Below are positions 13,316 to 25,329 of a stretch of DNA of 64,000 nucleotides, piece after piece. The notes below the pieces were generated by a model. That model did not search any database and was not told the origin of the DNA. It saw only the letters and a program-made list of their open reading frames with translations. The first letter of the stretch is position 1; each line of letters begins with the position of its first letter. Position numbers and translations under genes: made by a program. The stretch is from Chiloscyllium plagiosum (taxonomy: Eukaryota), in assembly GCF_004010195.1 (NCBI RefSeq), contig NC_057754.1, positions 8,113,010-8,177,009 on the forward strand. The letters are read 5' to 3'.

Positions 13316-13777
13316 TAACTCATATGAGACTTGGAATTTTCTGTGACAGAATTGCCGTGCGTGTGGAATCACATGTAGGCCAGACCAGATCAGGACAACA
13401 GATTCCCTTCCCTAGCCCGCAGTAGTGATGCAGATGGGCTCTTATAACAGTCACCACTCCTGAAACCAGCCTTTCTTTAATTCTAGGACTTTATGAAGTG
13501 AATTTGAGTTCTGTCAGCTACCACAGTGAGGTTTGAGCCTGTCCTCAGGGCTTCAGCCTTACTGAATTATTGGGCCGTGTTTAAATTTGCCCATCACTAA
13601 TTGCCCCTTGAACCGAGCCTCATTTCAGAAGATCAGTCAACCATCTCACTGTGAGTCTGCAGCCAAGTGTAGGTCGGACGGGTAACAGTGTCAATGAACA
13701 TAGCAGCAAAGAAACTAGGAGCAGGCTGAGGCCATTTGGCCCTTCCAGCCTGTTCTGCCAATCAAAAGTGTGGCAAT

Positions 13778-13960
13778 TATAACAAGGTCAGCCAGATGGG
13801 CTGCATAGAGTTCCCTCATTGGAGCTGTTAATCCGGTCCAATCAGGAAGCCCTGGCTGACAGGTAAGAACAGGCATGTCAGAGGTTCTGTTGCTGGATTG
13901 GTGTCAGGAAGTCGCCACGGTGTAACTAAAGGATGATGGGATACCGCCCTCAAACAGTAT
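13778..13960 (+). mobile_element. Probable solo LTR nested in a minus-strand CR1 3' end (about 13700-14320)
   Basis: Shares sequence with 3365-4001; CCAAT-containing; interrupts a CR1 tail. Confidence 0.5.
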
Positions 13961-14375
13961 CATGGCTGATCATCCAGTTTAGTCTCCTGCTTTCTCCCCC
14001 ATTAGCCTTCGATCCCCTTAGCCCCAGGATCTATATCTAACTCCTTCTTGAAAACATTCAGTGTTTAGGCCCCAACCCCTTTTTGTGACAGAGAATCCCA
14101 TAGGCTCCCCCATTCTCTGGGTGAAGATATTTCTCCTCATCTCAAACCGAAACGGCCCCCACCCCGTAATCCTCAGAGTGTGATCCCCCCCGGTTCAGGA
14201 TTCCCCAAGGAAGATCCTTCTGTGTTCATCCTGTCTAATCCTTTTAGAATTTGATAGATTTCGACAAGATTCCATCCCTATCTCATTCTTCTAACCTCCA
14301 ATGAATGTAAGTCCTAACTGAACCACCATAATTTTCTGATCATCCTTAGGCCAGCTTTTAATTTCCAGATTTATT

Positions 14376-14526
14376 GGATGTAGGTTGGCTCGCTGAGCTG
14401 GAAGGTTCATTTCCAGACGTTTCATTACCCTACTAGGTAACATCTTCAGTGGGCCTCAGGTGAAGCACTGCTGATAAGTCCTGCTTTCTGTTTATGTGTT
14501 TGGGTTTCTTTGGGTTGGTGATGTCA
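14376..14526 (-). mobile_element. Short Penelope-type terminal element (third family) with 13-bp TSD
   Basis: ttccagatttatt at 14363-14375 and 14527-14539; carries a hammerhead motif. Confidence 0.75.
14413..14452 (-). ncRNA. Minimal hammerhead ribozyme motif with long stem II
   Basis: Minus strand CCA-CUGAAGA-U-GUUACCU(AGUA)GGGUAAU-GAAAC-GUC-UGG; stem I CCA/UGG. Confidence 0.7.
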
Positions 14527-15301
14527 TTCCAGATTTATTATGTGAATTCCAGTTCCACCCTCTGCCCAGGTGAGATTTAAATCCACGTGCCCAAAACATT
14601 TGCCTCACTTGCCAAATTACTAGTCTAGTGATGCAGCCACTTCACCGGCACCTCCCCAGCAATCACCTGCTGCCACCTTGTCGGCTGTGAAATACTTTGG
14701 GTCTTCTGAGGCGCTACAGAAATGCAAGTGTGTCTTTTAAACGAATGAGGTACGGCCATGTCTGGAGAGTACCTTTGGCCCCTGGTGTTCATGTGACCAC
14801 TGTACGTTGACATTGTGTTCCAAAGCGATAGGCTCCATCTCTTCTCAAATCGGTTAAACTTGTACCGGGGCGGGGGGATCGGTTTAAATTGTGCAGACAC
14901 ATTAACTGTAACAGTCAGACTCGTATCATGAGAAGAGAAGCTGGTCTGTCATCAGAAATTTGATCCTGATGATAATTACATGTTCTGCCATCAGACAAGC
15001 TCCTCCAGTGAACTTGCTGTGACTCACCCCATGCTGGTTCCCTTTTTATCATGTTGGCGCCACAAGATAATGTTGCATTAATTGCAACTTTCGTCCCCTT
15101 TAAGGCGAGCCGTGTCAGGAATGTCAATCGAGGCACACCAGAGCCCAGTCCTCTGTGTGTTACCGCTGGAGCTATCAAAAGGAACAAACCGTCTCTCGAC
15201 TTCAGTTGCAAAGTTCTCGACTGCCTAGTTAGGGTAATGTGTGACTTGGAGAGATCCAGTCACACGTGGATGGGGGCGAGGGGGAGTCAGAGGCCCATGT
15301 A

Positions 15302-15720
15302 TGTTATGGACCAGACCAAACCCCCTTAGATATACGCAGGAGATAGCCTAGATGCCTAACTTTATCTGATTTAAAGGAAAATATAAGAGGTGGGCAGGTT
15401 GGGATAGCTGGTCGACACAAGAAGACCGATGCAAAAGGGGCATAACCCCCTTATTCTGCACGGGAAAGTGTTGACATTGAAAATGTGCCAGTTAGGTGAC
15501 AACTGACAGTTAGCTGCCGTACCTTGTTTAAAGTTGACACTGATTGGTCAAAGCATTGTCCTGAGAAACCAACCAGAGCAGCAACTCCTGTCCCCCTGCC
15601 CCTTTTGACTGCTGATCGACATTGTTTACGGATTGAGCAGTGTCTTGATTTTCAAATTCTCCCCGTCGTTTGCAAGTTCATCCCTAGGTCTGCATTCTCC
15701 TCCCACCCCACTCTTGTCCA
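15302..15720. mobile_element. Possible solo LTR remnant
   Basis: Starts TGTTATGG; partial similarity (agacc...atagcctaga) to 4618-4665. Confidence 0.35.
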
Positions 15721-15726
15721 GGGTAT

Positions 15727-15727
15727 C

Positions 15728-15795
<68 letters not shown>

Positions 15796-15817
15796 TGTGT
15801 GTGTGTGTGTGTGTGTG
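15727..15817. repeat. (GT)n microsatellite
   Basis: About 45 GT units. Confidence 0.99.
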
Positions 15818-15849
15818 CCCAATTTTAATTCTGCCACCATTCTCATGGA

Positions 15850-16570
15850 GGTCGACAGCACAGAAAAGGTTCCTTATGTCCATGGAGTCTGCACCAGTCA
15901 AAACCAACCACCTCACTGTTCTAATCCTGTTTCCCAACACTTAGTCTATAGTGGTGGCATCACCAACTCACATAGAGTCATAGAGATGTACAGCACAGAG
16001 ACAGACCCTTCGGTCCAACCCGTCCATGCCGACCAGATATCCCAACCCAACCTAGTCCCACCTGCTCTAAATACTTCATCAATGTTATGAAGGTTTCTGC
16101 CTCCACCATCTTTATAGGCAGAAATTCTCACCACCCTCCGAGTGAAATAAAAATTCCTCACATCCCCTCTAAACATCCTGCCTTAAATCTAGGCCTCTGC
16201 TCATTGACGCCTCCATCAGTGGAAACTCTTTCTTCCTGTCTCCCCTGTCTATGCCCCTCATAATTTTATACATCTCAGTCGGGGCCCCCTCTCAATCTCC
16301 TCTGCTCTTAAGGACAACAACACCTGAAGAAGGGCTCATGCCCGAAACGTCGATTCTCCTGCTCCCTGGATGCTGCCTGACCTGCTGCGCTTTTCCAGCA
16401 ACACATTTTTTAGCTCTGATCTCCAGCACCTGCAGTCCTCACTTTCTCCAACAACACCAGTCTATCCAATCTCTCTCCGTCACTGAAACTCTCCAGTCTA
16501 GACAACATCCCAGTAAAACTCCCTCTCTGGTGCAATCACATAATGTGGATTGCAGAACTGACCACAACAC
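15850..16570 (-). mobile_element. CR1 3' fragment with a nested younger CR1 tail (15968-16065) and a nested PLE end (16324-16448)
   Basis: FRGDVRNFYFTRRVVRI remnant; nested boundaries visible. Confidence 0.75.
16324..16351 (+). ncRNA. Minimal hammerhead ribozyme motif (PLE type), intact core
   Basis: CUGAAGA-A-GGGC(UCAU)GCCC-GAAAC-GUC; host element 16324-16448 flanked by caacaacacc at 16315 and 16449. Confidence 0.72.
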
Positions 16571-16884
16571 TCTGACTTTGTGGCCATTCCTTCAGTTATT
16601 CGGGGCCCGTTCTGCCAACCGCCTGCCTCTAGCCTGGCCTGATTGGCTGAGTGGGCTGTCAGTCAGGATAACTGGGACCAATCTGGCATGGAGACCACCT
16701 TGATTGACAGGGTAACTGGCCAGTGATTGTTGACGTGGGCGGCAGAAGCCTTGGACTGAGTGTCCCCCCCCCTACCTCCTCCTCAACACTTTGCCTCTGG
16801 ATGGGAATTGGGACCCACGTGAGGACTGTTCAGTTGGAGCTTCCTTGACTTGATGGGCTATAGAGTGACTCCCACCCCTCAGGA

Positions 16885-16990
16885 CGTTCCTGAGGGACGG
16901 TCACTCAACCCGAAACGTTAACTCTGATTTCTCTCCGCAGATGCTGCCAGACCTACTGGGCTTTACCATCAAATTCTGTCTTTGTTTCTA
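16885..16990 (+). mobile_element. PLE terminal fragment, second family, decayed hammerhead motif
   Basis: ctgagggacggtcactcaacccgaaacgttaactctgatttctctccgcagatgctgccagacct; related pieces at 18860-18948, 19733-19820, 20280-20405, 48935-49135, 50776-50905. Confidence 0.65.
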
Positions 16991-17699
16991 AATGGCAGTG
17001 CACTGTCCTTGTAGGGTTTGAACTCATGTCCCCTTAGATCTGGGTCTTAGCCTAGTGACAATGTTACGCTGCACCCGCAGTGATTTCCTTAACGTCTTTA
17101 AGCAGTCTGTTTATGTCTTCGTGACAGGTTTAATGAGTACTTCGGCAGATCCGTTTTTGAAAACAGTCGAGTCATTTAAGCCGTGAATATCCCGACAGCT
17201 GGGTTCTGCTTCCCACTCACCATCTTGCATCATCATCTTTCGAAATGCTCACTCGCCCGTCCCCCCCAGATCTGATGTTCCTGCTCTTCGGAAGCAGCGA
17301 ATTGTATCCGGAACCTGTCAGAATTGCTGCGGGCATATCCTCTCTGTTTGCCAGCGAGAGCTAAATGAGATCAGAAGCAATGAGCGCACCCAGCCAAACG
17401 AAATAGCCAAGTCGGGGGTCCAGGTGAGGGTCTTGGAGCCTGCCTTCAAATCTAGTGAGTGGGTTTAAAAATTAGGAGTGGGTGTAGGACACTTGGCCCT
17501 TTGCGTCTGCTCTCCCACTCCTCAACAACATGAGTTCCCCACCCCCCCCCCATATGGTGCTTAGTTGTGGTCTGGATGGTCTTAGTGAACCCAGTAGTGC
17601 CGGCGGTGGGGAAGTAGGGAGGCCTCAGCCAGTCCATGTCCAAATGCATCAAGAGCTGGACACTGTCCAGGCTTGGCCTGTAAAGTGGCCAGGCGAACC

Positions 17700-17975
17700 A
17701 CACTGGTGGCCCAGTGGCTAGCGCTGCTGCCTCACAGCCCCAGGGACCCAGTTTCGATCCCACCCTCGGGCGACTGTGTCTGTGTGGTGTTTGCACGTTC
17801 TCTCAGGTGCTCCGGTTTCCTCCCACAGTCCAAAGGTGTGCAGATTTACAGTGAAATGGCCATGCTAAATGTGGGGTTACGTGGATAGGGCAGGGTCTGG
17901 GTGGATGCTGTTCGGAGGGTCAGGGCAGACTGAATGGGCTGAATGGTCTGCTTCCACGCTGTAGGGATTCTGTGA
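17700..17975 (+). mobile_element. HE1-like V-SINE
   Basis: A box tggcccagtgg, B-box-like tttcgatccc, V-domain, LINE-like tail. Confidence 0.85.
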
Positions 17976-17999
17976 TTTTAATGAACATTGGTGCCACAC

Positions 18000-18765
18000 A
18001 GTTGCCAAGCAATGACCATCTGCAATACGCTCTTAAAGCTCTAAGACACTATAAGAAACAGTCTGGCCATCATCCCTTTACAGTCAATGGTGTTACCATC
18101 ATTGAAACCCCACTCTCAACATTCTAGGAGTTATAATTGAGCAGAAACACACAACTGGACTCAACACATAAATAACATTGGCTACAGAAGCTGGGAATAT
18201 TGCAGCGAATAACTCGTCTCCTGACTCCCCAAAGCATGTCCACCATCTACAAGGCACAAGTCTGGAGTGTGATGGAGTACTTGCCCTGGATGGGTACAGC
18301 TCTAACAACACTCGAGGAGATTGACACCATCTAGAACAAAGCTGCCTGTGCTTGATTGGCACTGCATTCCCCCCCCCCCCCCCCCCACCCCCGACGCTCA
18401 GTAGCAGCAATGTGCACCATCTACACGATGCACTGCAGAAATTCACCAAAGATCCTCATGCAGCATCTTCCAAACCCATGACCACTTCCATCTGGAAGGA
18501 CCAGGGCAGCAGATACATGGGAACACCACACCCCCTGCAAGTTCCCCTCCGAGCCCCTCCCCATCCTGACTTGAAAATATATTGGCCATTCCTTCAGTGT
18601 CCCTGGGTCAGAATACTGGAATTCCCTCCCCCAGGGCATTGACAGCAGGGTGGACTGTCAAGATGGCAGCTCACAATCACCTTCTCAAGGGGCACCTAGG
18701 GAGAGCCATAAATGCTAATACAGCCAGCAGTGCCCACGCCCATGCCTGAATAGCAGAAAAGAAAG
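18000..18765 (+). mobile_element. Second CR1/L2-superfamily LINE family ('LINE-B') 3' fragment
   Basis: LTPQS.STIYKAQV.SVMEY remnant; tail caccttctcaaggggca..aggga..taaatgc; copies at 21100-21570, 24290-25070, 31740-33160, 46600-47300. Confidence 0.75.
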
Positions 18766-19169
18766 TTTGCAAAATGGGTGAAAAGGGCCCTGGGGGTGAA
18801 AGCTGGCTTGATGTTCTGAAGGGCCTATGCTGGGGAAGTGGTAGCTGGCAAAATCTTGTGCAAATCCAAAACAAAAGCAGAGAATACCGGAGCAACTCAG
18901 CAGGCTCTGGCAGCAGCGTCTGGGGAGAGAGAAACAGAGGCACGTTTCAATGCTTTTTTTTCCCTCCTGCATTCTCTGCCTTTTATTTCTCGTCTTGTTG
19001 ACGTCTCGTTTCCTCTGGTCTCAATACAGATGACCCATTGCTTCTCTTTCATGCCCTAATTGACAGCTATTTTCCATCTTTCTCTCCTTCGCCAACACCG
19101 AAAACCCTTTGTCAGTTACACAGGGGTCCACCTCGGTCAAAAGTACGAAAACAAATTACCAACAAATTT

Positions 19170-19720
19170 CAGGCCGCACTTGGAGTATTGTGTTCAGTTT
19201 TGGTCACCTTGCGGTAGGAAGGATGTTATTAAACTGGAACGAGTGCGGAGGAAATTTACAAGGTACTCCAAGGTCTGAATGAGAGGGAGAGGTTGGACAA
19301 GCGAGGACTATTTTCTTTAGAGCGTAGGAGACTGAAGGGGGACCTTATAGAGGTGTATAAGATCATGAGAGGCATGGACAGGGTATGTGCACTCAGTCAT
19401 TTCCCCAGGGTCGGGGAATCGAGGACTAGAGGGCATCAGTTTAAGGTGAGAGGGGAAAGAATAAAAGGGAACCTGAGGGGCAACTTTTTTACCCAGAGGG
19501 GGGTACGCAGATGGAATGAGCTGGCAGTGGAAGTGGTTGAGGCGGGTACATTAACAACATTTAAAAGGCATCGGGACAAATATGTGGCTAGGAAAGGGTT
19601 AGAAGGATATGGGCCAAGTGCAGGGAAATAGGGTTAGTGTGGATGGACATTTTGGTCGGCATGGACCAGTTTGGACCGAGGGGCCTGTCTCCATGCTGTA
19701 GGACTCTCAGTCCGTGACTC
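19170..19720 (+). mobile_element. CR1 LINE 3' fragment
   Basis: [13 protein letters not shown] and ORF 19293-19631 GLFSLERRRLKGDLIEVYKIMRG. Confidence 0.92.
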
Positions 19721-20454
19721 TAAGTGTCATAACAGACCCGAGACGTTAAGTCCATTCCTCTCTCCACAGATATTGCCAGATTTGCTGAGTTTCTGCACCA
19801 TTCTCTGCGTTTGTTATAGATCTGGTTACAGACTCTTCCCTCCCACCCAACAATTTTCTCCCCCTCTCTGCACTTTCAAAACCCCTCGTACTGTCAAGCC
19901 TTGTTCAGCCCTGGGTTTTGACACGTGCAAGATGAAGGGCTGGCTGTTCATTCCTGAAGATTGATTGAATTAGTGATCTGAGGCTTAATGTTACCCTTCC
20001 TTGTTTCCCATTAGGTATGAGCTTTTAACAGACTTGTTAACTCTGTCACTGGGATAAGAACTTCTCACGTGAGTGCTTCATTATTACGACAACCGAGGTT
20101 CAAGTTAAGGCTAGTGGCTGTGGGCAGCGGTGCCAATCTGTTATTTTTACTCAGCGAACCTCAGACGATGGGTTTGCTAATTCTGAGTCACAGTACGTGG
20201 CTGAGCAGAGAAGGTTAAGCAACAGTTACAGTACTGCGAGACTAGAGCAGCTCAAGTTCAGGCAGCTAGGCCAAAGTACAGCAGATGCTGGCAATCTGAA
20301 ATAAAAACAGACTGCGTCAGAGAGTGAGAAACTCAGTGAGTCTGCCAGCATCCGTGGAAAGGCAAACAGAGTTCACGTTTCAAGCCTGCTATGATTCTTC
20401 TTCACAATTTATTTCCCTGCTGCGCACTGAACAAGTCATCTTGGGCTCAAAACA

Positions 20455-20965
20455 TTGTCTCTATCTCTTCCTCTGTCTGTCTTTCTTTCTCTGCTGCTCC
20501 CTCTCTCTCTATGTCGCTCGCTCTGTGTCTGTCTCTGTCATTCTGTCTGCCGCTCTCCCTATCTTTCTCCCTTTCTCTCACATTCTCCCACTCGCTCTGT
20601 CACTCTCTCGCCCCATCTTTCTATCTGTCAGTGTCTCTTGTTCTCTCTCTGTCTCTCTCTCTCTCTTTCTAGCTCTCTCTCTGTCTATCTATACCTATCC
20701 GTCCCTCTCTGTCACACTCTCTGTTTGACTCTTTCAGTCTGCCTCTCTCTCTCTTGCTCTCTTTCTCTCTGTCTTTCTAGCCCTTAGTGTCTCTCTCTCT
20801 CTCTCTATCCATCCCTATCTCTCCCTCTCTGTCACTCTCTCTCTGTTTGACTCTCTTTCAGTCTGCCTCTCTCTCCCGCTCTCTTTCTAGCCCTTAGACT
20901 CTCCCTCTGTCTCTCTCTGTCTCCCTCTCTCTCTCTCTCTCTCTTTCCATCTCCCTGTTGTTTGT
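20455..20965. repeat. CT-rich degenerate microsatellite
   Basis: Polypyrimidine (CT)n-derived tract with an internal duplication. Confidence 0.95.
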
Positions 20966-21099
20966 GTCTTCCCTACAGAAGGCAGAGTTGCTCACCCCAT
21001 TGTGGGCAGACCATCCATCTCTTACCTTGGAACACGTCATGTGCTGTAACTCGGAACTGGCCTTTTGCTTTGTTTCACCTTTCACCCTGTACCACCACC

Positions 21100-21570
21100 C
21101 CTCAGCAGCAGGAGCGTGTACAGTCTCGAAGCCGCACTCCAGCAACTCCCCAAGGTTCTCAGACAGCACCTTCCAACCCCACAACCACTTCCACCTGGAA
21201 GGACAAGGGCAGCAGATACGTGGGAATACCGTTCCCCCCACCCCACTGCAAGTTCCCCTCCAAGCCACTCACCATCCTGACTTGGCCGTTCCTTCAATGT
21301 CACTGGGTCACAATTCTGGTAAACCACACACCCCCCCCTCCCCGTGGCATGGTTCCAGGAAGTGGCTCACCATCACCTTCCCAAGGGGCAATTAGGGACG
21401 GGGAGGCAATGCTGCCCTGATCTTCAATGTCACTGGGTCACAATTCTGGTAAACCACACACCCCCCCTCCCCGTGGCATGGTTCCAGGAAGTGGCTCACC
21501 ATCACCTTCCCAAGGGGCAATTAGGGACGGGGAGGCAATGCTGCCCTGATCCCGTGAAAGGATAAATAGG
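21100..21570 (+). mobile_element. LINE-B 3' end with a 130-bp tandem duplication of its tail
   Basis: 21292-21421 repeated at 21422-21551. Confidence 0.8.
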
Positions 21571-22122
21571 AAAAGATCTTCGTAGAACCGCCATTGTAAA
21601 CGGCCTCAAGTTGAGCTGACGTCATTAATATAGCAGACAGGATTGCCTAGTTATCCACAGTCTCTGCAAGAGAGCGCTGCTATGTTCAGTGGGGTTTGAG
21701 TGACGTTCAGTCACTCGATAACGCATCCTAGCTGGAGGATTTGGGAAAATCCAATTCACGGAACTAGCCCTCGCTGTACTCGGCTGAAGAGCACTGACAC
21801 GCACTTTGCTCTCCCTACTGCCAGGAACGCAGAATAAAATGAAAGAGTGTAGTGAGGCCCAGGTGAATTGCAGGTCCTTGAAAACTGTGTGAAATTTATT
21901 GACCAGATTCAGTCTGAGACAGCGTTCTCCCTCGGTAGCTGTGCTTTCCGTTTTTTTAACACCGAAAGTCAGCCTCCTAAAGGCCTCAAAGTTTTGGAGT
22001 CACGACAACAATGAGTTTTGTTTAATGAGGGGAATGTTGAAAGATTGCTTCACCGGGGCGCAGTTAGAAACCACGTAGTTCAAAGCTTGCGAAGAAAGGT
22101 TGTCGTGTTTGGTGAAGGAGCG

Positions 22123-23815
22123 AGTCATAGTCATAGAGTTCTACGGCACGGAAACAGACCAACTCGTCCATGCCGACCAGATATCCAAAATTAATCTGGC
22201 CCCATTTGCCAGCACCCGGCCCATATCCTTCTGAACCCTTCCTGTTCATATACCCATCCTTTTAAATGTTGCAATTGTGCCAGCCTCCGCCACTTCCTCC
22301 GGCAGCTTACTCCACACACACACCACACTCTGAGTGAAAAGGTTGCCCCTTCTGTCCCTTTTATTATCTTTCCTCTCTCACCTTAAGCCCACACGCTCTA
22401 GTCTTGCACCTCGGAGAAAAACCTTGATTATTCACCCTATCCGTGCCGCCCCTGATTATAGAAACCTCTGTAAGGTCACCCCTCAGCCTCTGACTTTCCA
22501 GCTGTAGGTGTACAGGGTGCTGCGGAGGCCACATCTGGGTTACTGGGGACAGTTTTGGTCTCCTTCCTTGAGAAGGGGTATACTGGCACTGGAGGGGGTG
22601 CAGAGGTTGATTCCGAAGTTGGGGGGAGTTGGCTTGAGAGGAGACATTGTGCCGCCTGGGACTGTGCTCGCTAGAATGGGCATGGAATGCGCTGCCTGTG
22701 GGAGTGGTAGAGTCAGAATCTTTGGTGACCTTTAAGCGGCAATTGGATAGGTACATGGATGGGTGCTTAAGCTAGGACAAATGTTCGGCACAACATCGTG
22801 GGCCGAAGGGCCTGTTCTGTGCTGTATTGTTCTATGTTCTATGTTCTAGAATCTGGGGAGGGGGTCTTATGGAAACGTATAAAGTTATGAAAGGAATAGA
22901 TAAGATGGAAGCAGCGAGGTTGCCTCCCCACTGAAACTAGAACTTGGGGGGCATTGTATCACAATTCGGGGGAGCAGACTTAGAACTGAGTTGAGGAGGA
23001 ACTTTTTCCACCCAAAGAGTTGTGAATTTGTGGAATTCCCTGCTCACTGACTGTTTTTAAGGCAAAGATAGACTTTTGAACAGTAAAGGAATGAAAGGTT
23101 GTGGCGAGTGGAGCTGAGTCCATGAGAAGGTCAGCCATGATCTTATTGAATGGCTGAGCAGGGTCGAAGGGCCAGACGGCCCACTCCTGCTCCTCGTTCT
23201 TAACTTTTTACGAAAATAGCCCCCAGCCGAATCAGCCTGTCCCTCGAGCTCAAACCCTCCAACCCTGGGAACATCCTTGTTAATCTTTTCTGAACCCTTT
23301 CGTGTTTCACAACATCCTCCCGATAGGAGGGAGACCAGAACTGCACACAATATTCCAACAGTGGCCTAACCAATGTCCTGTGACATGACCTCCCAACTCC
23401 AACAGTGAGATGGTGAGGACTGCAGATGCTGGAGATCAGAGTCGAGAGTGTGGTGGTGGAAAAGCCCGGCCAGTCAGGCAGCATCCAAGGGGCAGGAGAG
23501 TCGATGTTTCCGGATGAATCTTGATGAAGAGCTTATGCTCGAAACATTGATTCTCCGACTCGTCAGCTGCTGCCTGACCGGCTGGGCTTTTCCAACACCA
23601 CACTGTCAACTCCCAACTCCTACACGCAATGCACTGCACACCAAACGGCTGCTTCTTCACCACCCTGTCAGCTTCACCCTCCATCAGGAAAGGATGAACC
23701 TGCACCCCAAAGTCTCTTAGTTCGGCAACACACCCCAGGACCTTACCATTAAGTGTATAAGTCCTGCCCTGATTTGCCTTCCCAGAATGCAACACCTCGC
23801 ATTTACCTAAACTAA
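22123..23815. mobile_element. Cluster of nested CR1 fragments in both orientations
   Basis: CR1(-) 22123-22500, older CR1(+) 22500-23200 with nested tail 22670-22850, CR1(-) 23215-23815. Confidence 0.8.
23401..23609. mobile_element. Short fold-back Penelope-derived element with 11-bp TSD
   Basis: ctcccaactcc at 23390-23400 and 23610-23620; inverted arms; HHR-like motif 23521-23548(+). Confidence 0.85.
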
Positions 23816-24289
23816 GCTGATGTAAATCAGGAGTAGCCGGGGAAGGAGAGAGAGAGAAGACGGTGTGAATTCCCCTAGGCAGGGACTATTGGAAGACGAT
23901 GGCACGACCATCCAAGAGTGTAATGAAGGGGCGAACAGGAATGATCCTGTGTGAGGGGAGAGTCAGAGGCACGGAGTTAGAGTGATTTGCAGGGATGTAG
24001 CCACGGGAAGGACGATAACAGGAGATGGACGAATCAAACCCGCGGGTTGTAGGCTGGGCGACACGAGAGCGGAGGAAGCAACGGGCGACAGAGTTTTGGG
24101 TCAATTTACTGAATTAGATGGATTTGGGCACAAAGCCAGGGAGACATTGACATCATCTGGACACTGAAGTATGGGTGATGTCTCCAAGCATCACGAAACA
24201 GAGAGACTTCAAATCCCCAGCACAGAAGCAAGCCAGTGAGGTGCCAGTGAATCACCTCAGTTGACCAAATGTATTATTTTTTGTAGTAT

Positions 24290-25070
24290 TTTTTTTCACG
24301 GGATGTAATCGCCCCTTGAGCACGTGCTGCTGAGCTGCCTCCTTGAACCGCTGCAGTCCACGTGCTGTCGGTTGACCAACAATTCCCTTGGGGAGGGAAT
24401 TCCAGGATGTTGACCCAGTGGCACTGAAGGAACAGCGGCACAATTCTGAGTCAGGATGGCGGATGGTTCGGCTTGGGAACTTGCAGGGGGCGGTGCCCCT
24501 GCGTATCTGATGCCTTGGTTTTGGAAGGTGCTGTCTGAAGATCCTGGGCGGATTTCTGCGGTGCAGTATGCGGCTTGGACACACTGCTTCGACTGATGGT
24601 GGAGAGGGTGGATGTTTGTGGATGTGATGCTCTGGGCTGGATAATGTCAAGCTTTGTCAGTGTTGTTAAGTCTGCACCATCCAGGGCAAGCCGGGAGTAT
24701 TCCATCAGACTCCTGACTTGAGCCCTGTGCTGCTTCAACTGAGGGTGGACAGGTTTTGGGGAGTCAGGAGGTGAGGTACTCGCGACAGGACTCCTAGCTT
24801 CTCACCTTCTTTTAGCTGCTGCTTGTATGCGGTGAGACCAGCTGTTTGTGGTCAATGGTAACCCTCTCAGAACGTTGATGTTGGAAGGATTTAGTGATGG
24901 TCATACCACTGAATGTCATGGGGCGATTGTCTCTTATCAGAGATAGTCATTGCCTGGCATTTGTGTGTTGCACATATTACTTGCCAGTTGTCAATCCAAG
25001 CCCGGATATTGTCCGGGTCTTGTTGCATTTGAACATGGACTGCTTCTTCAACTGAGGAGCTGCAAGGTCA
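24290..25070 (-). mobile_element. LINE-B fragment
   Basis: AQVRSLMEYS remnant in ORF 24451-24738(-); shared tail. Confidence 0.75.
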
Positions 25071-25329
25071 GAGGGCAGTGAGGAGTGTAGCAGGCCTACA
25101 TAAAGGTCTTACTGGGCAAAGATGGCCGCTTTCCCGTCCCTGAGGGACATTACTGCATCAAATGGATTTTTACAGCAATCCACTACAGTTGTTATGGTTG
25201 TGCTTAATGAAGCTGGCTGTAAAATCCAGGTGGATGAAGTAAATTTAGCTCTTCCCAGCTATCATTGTGGAATATACACCTGTGTCCTTTGTGTCTTAAC
25301 CTGGGCCTGTAGGTTACCAGTGCTTCTGA

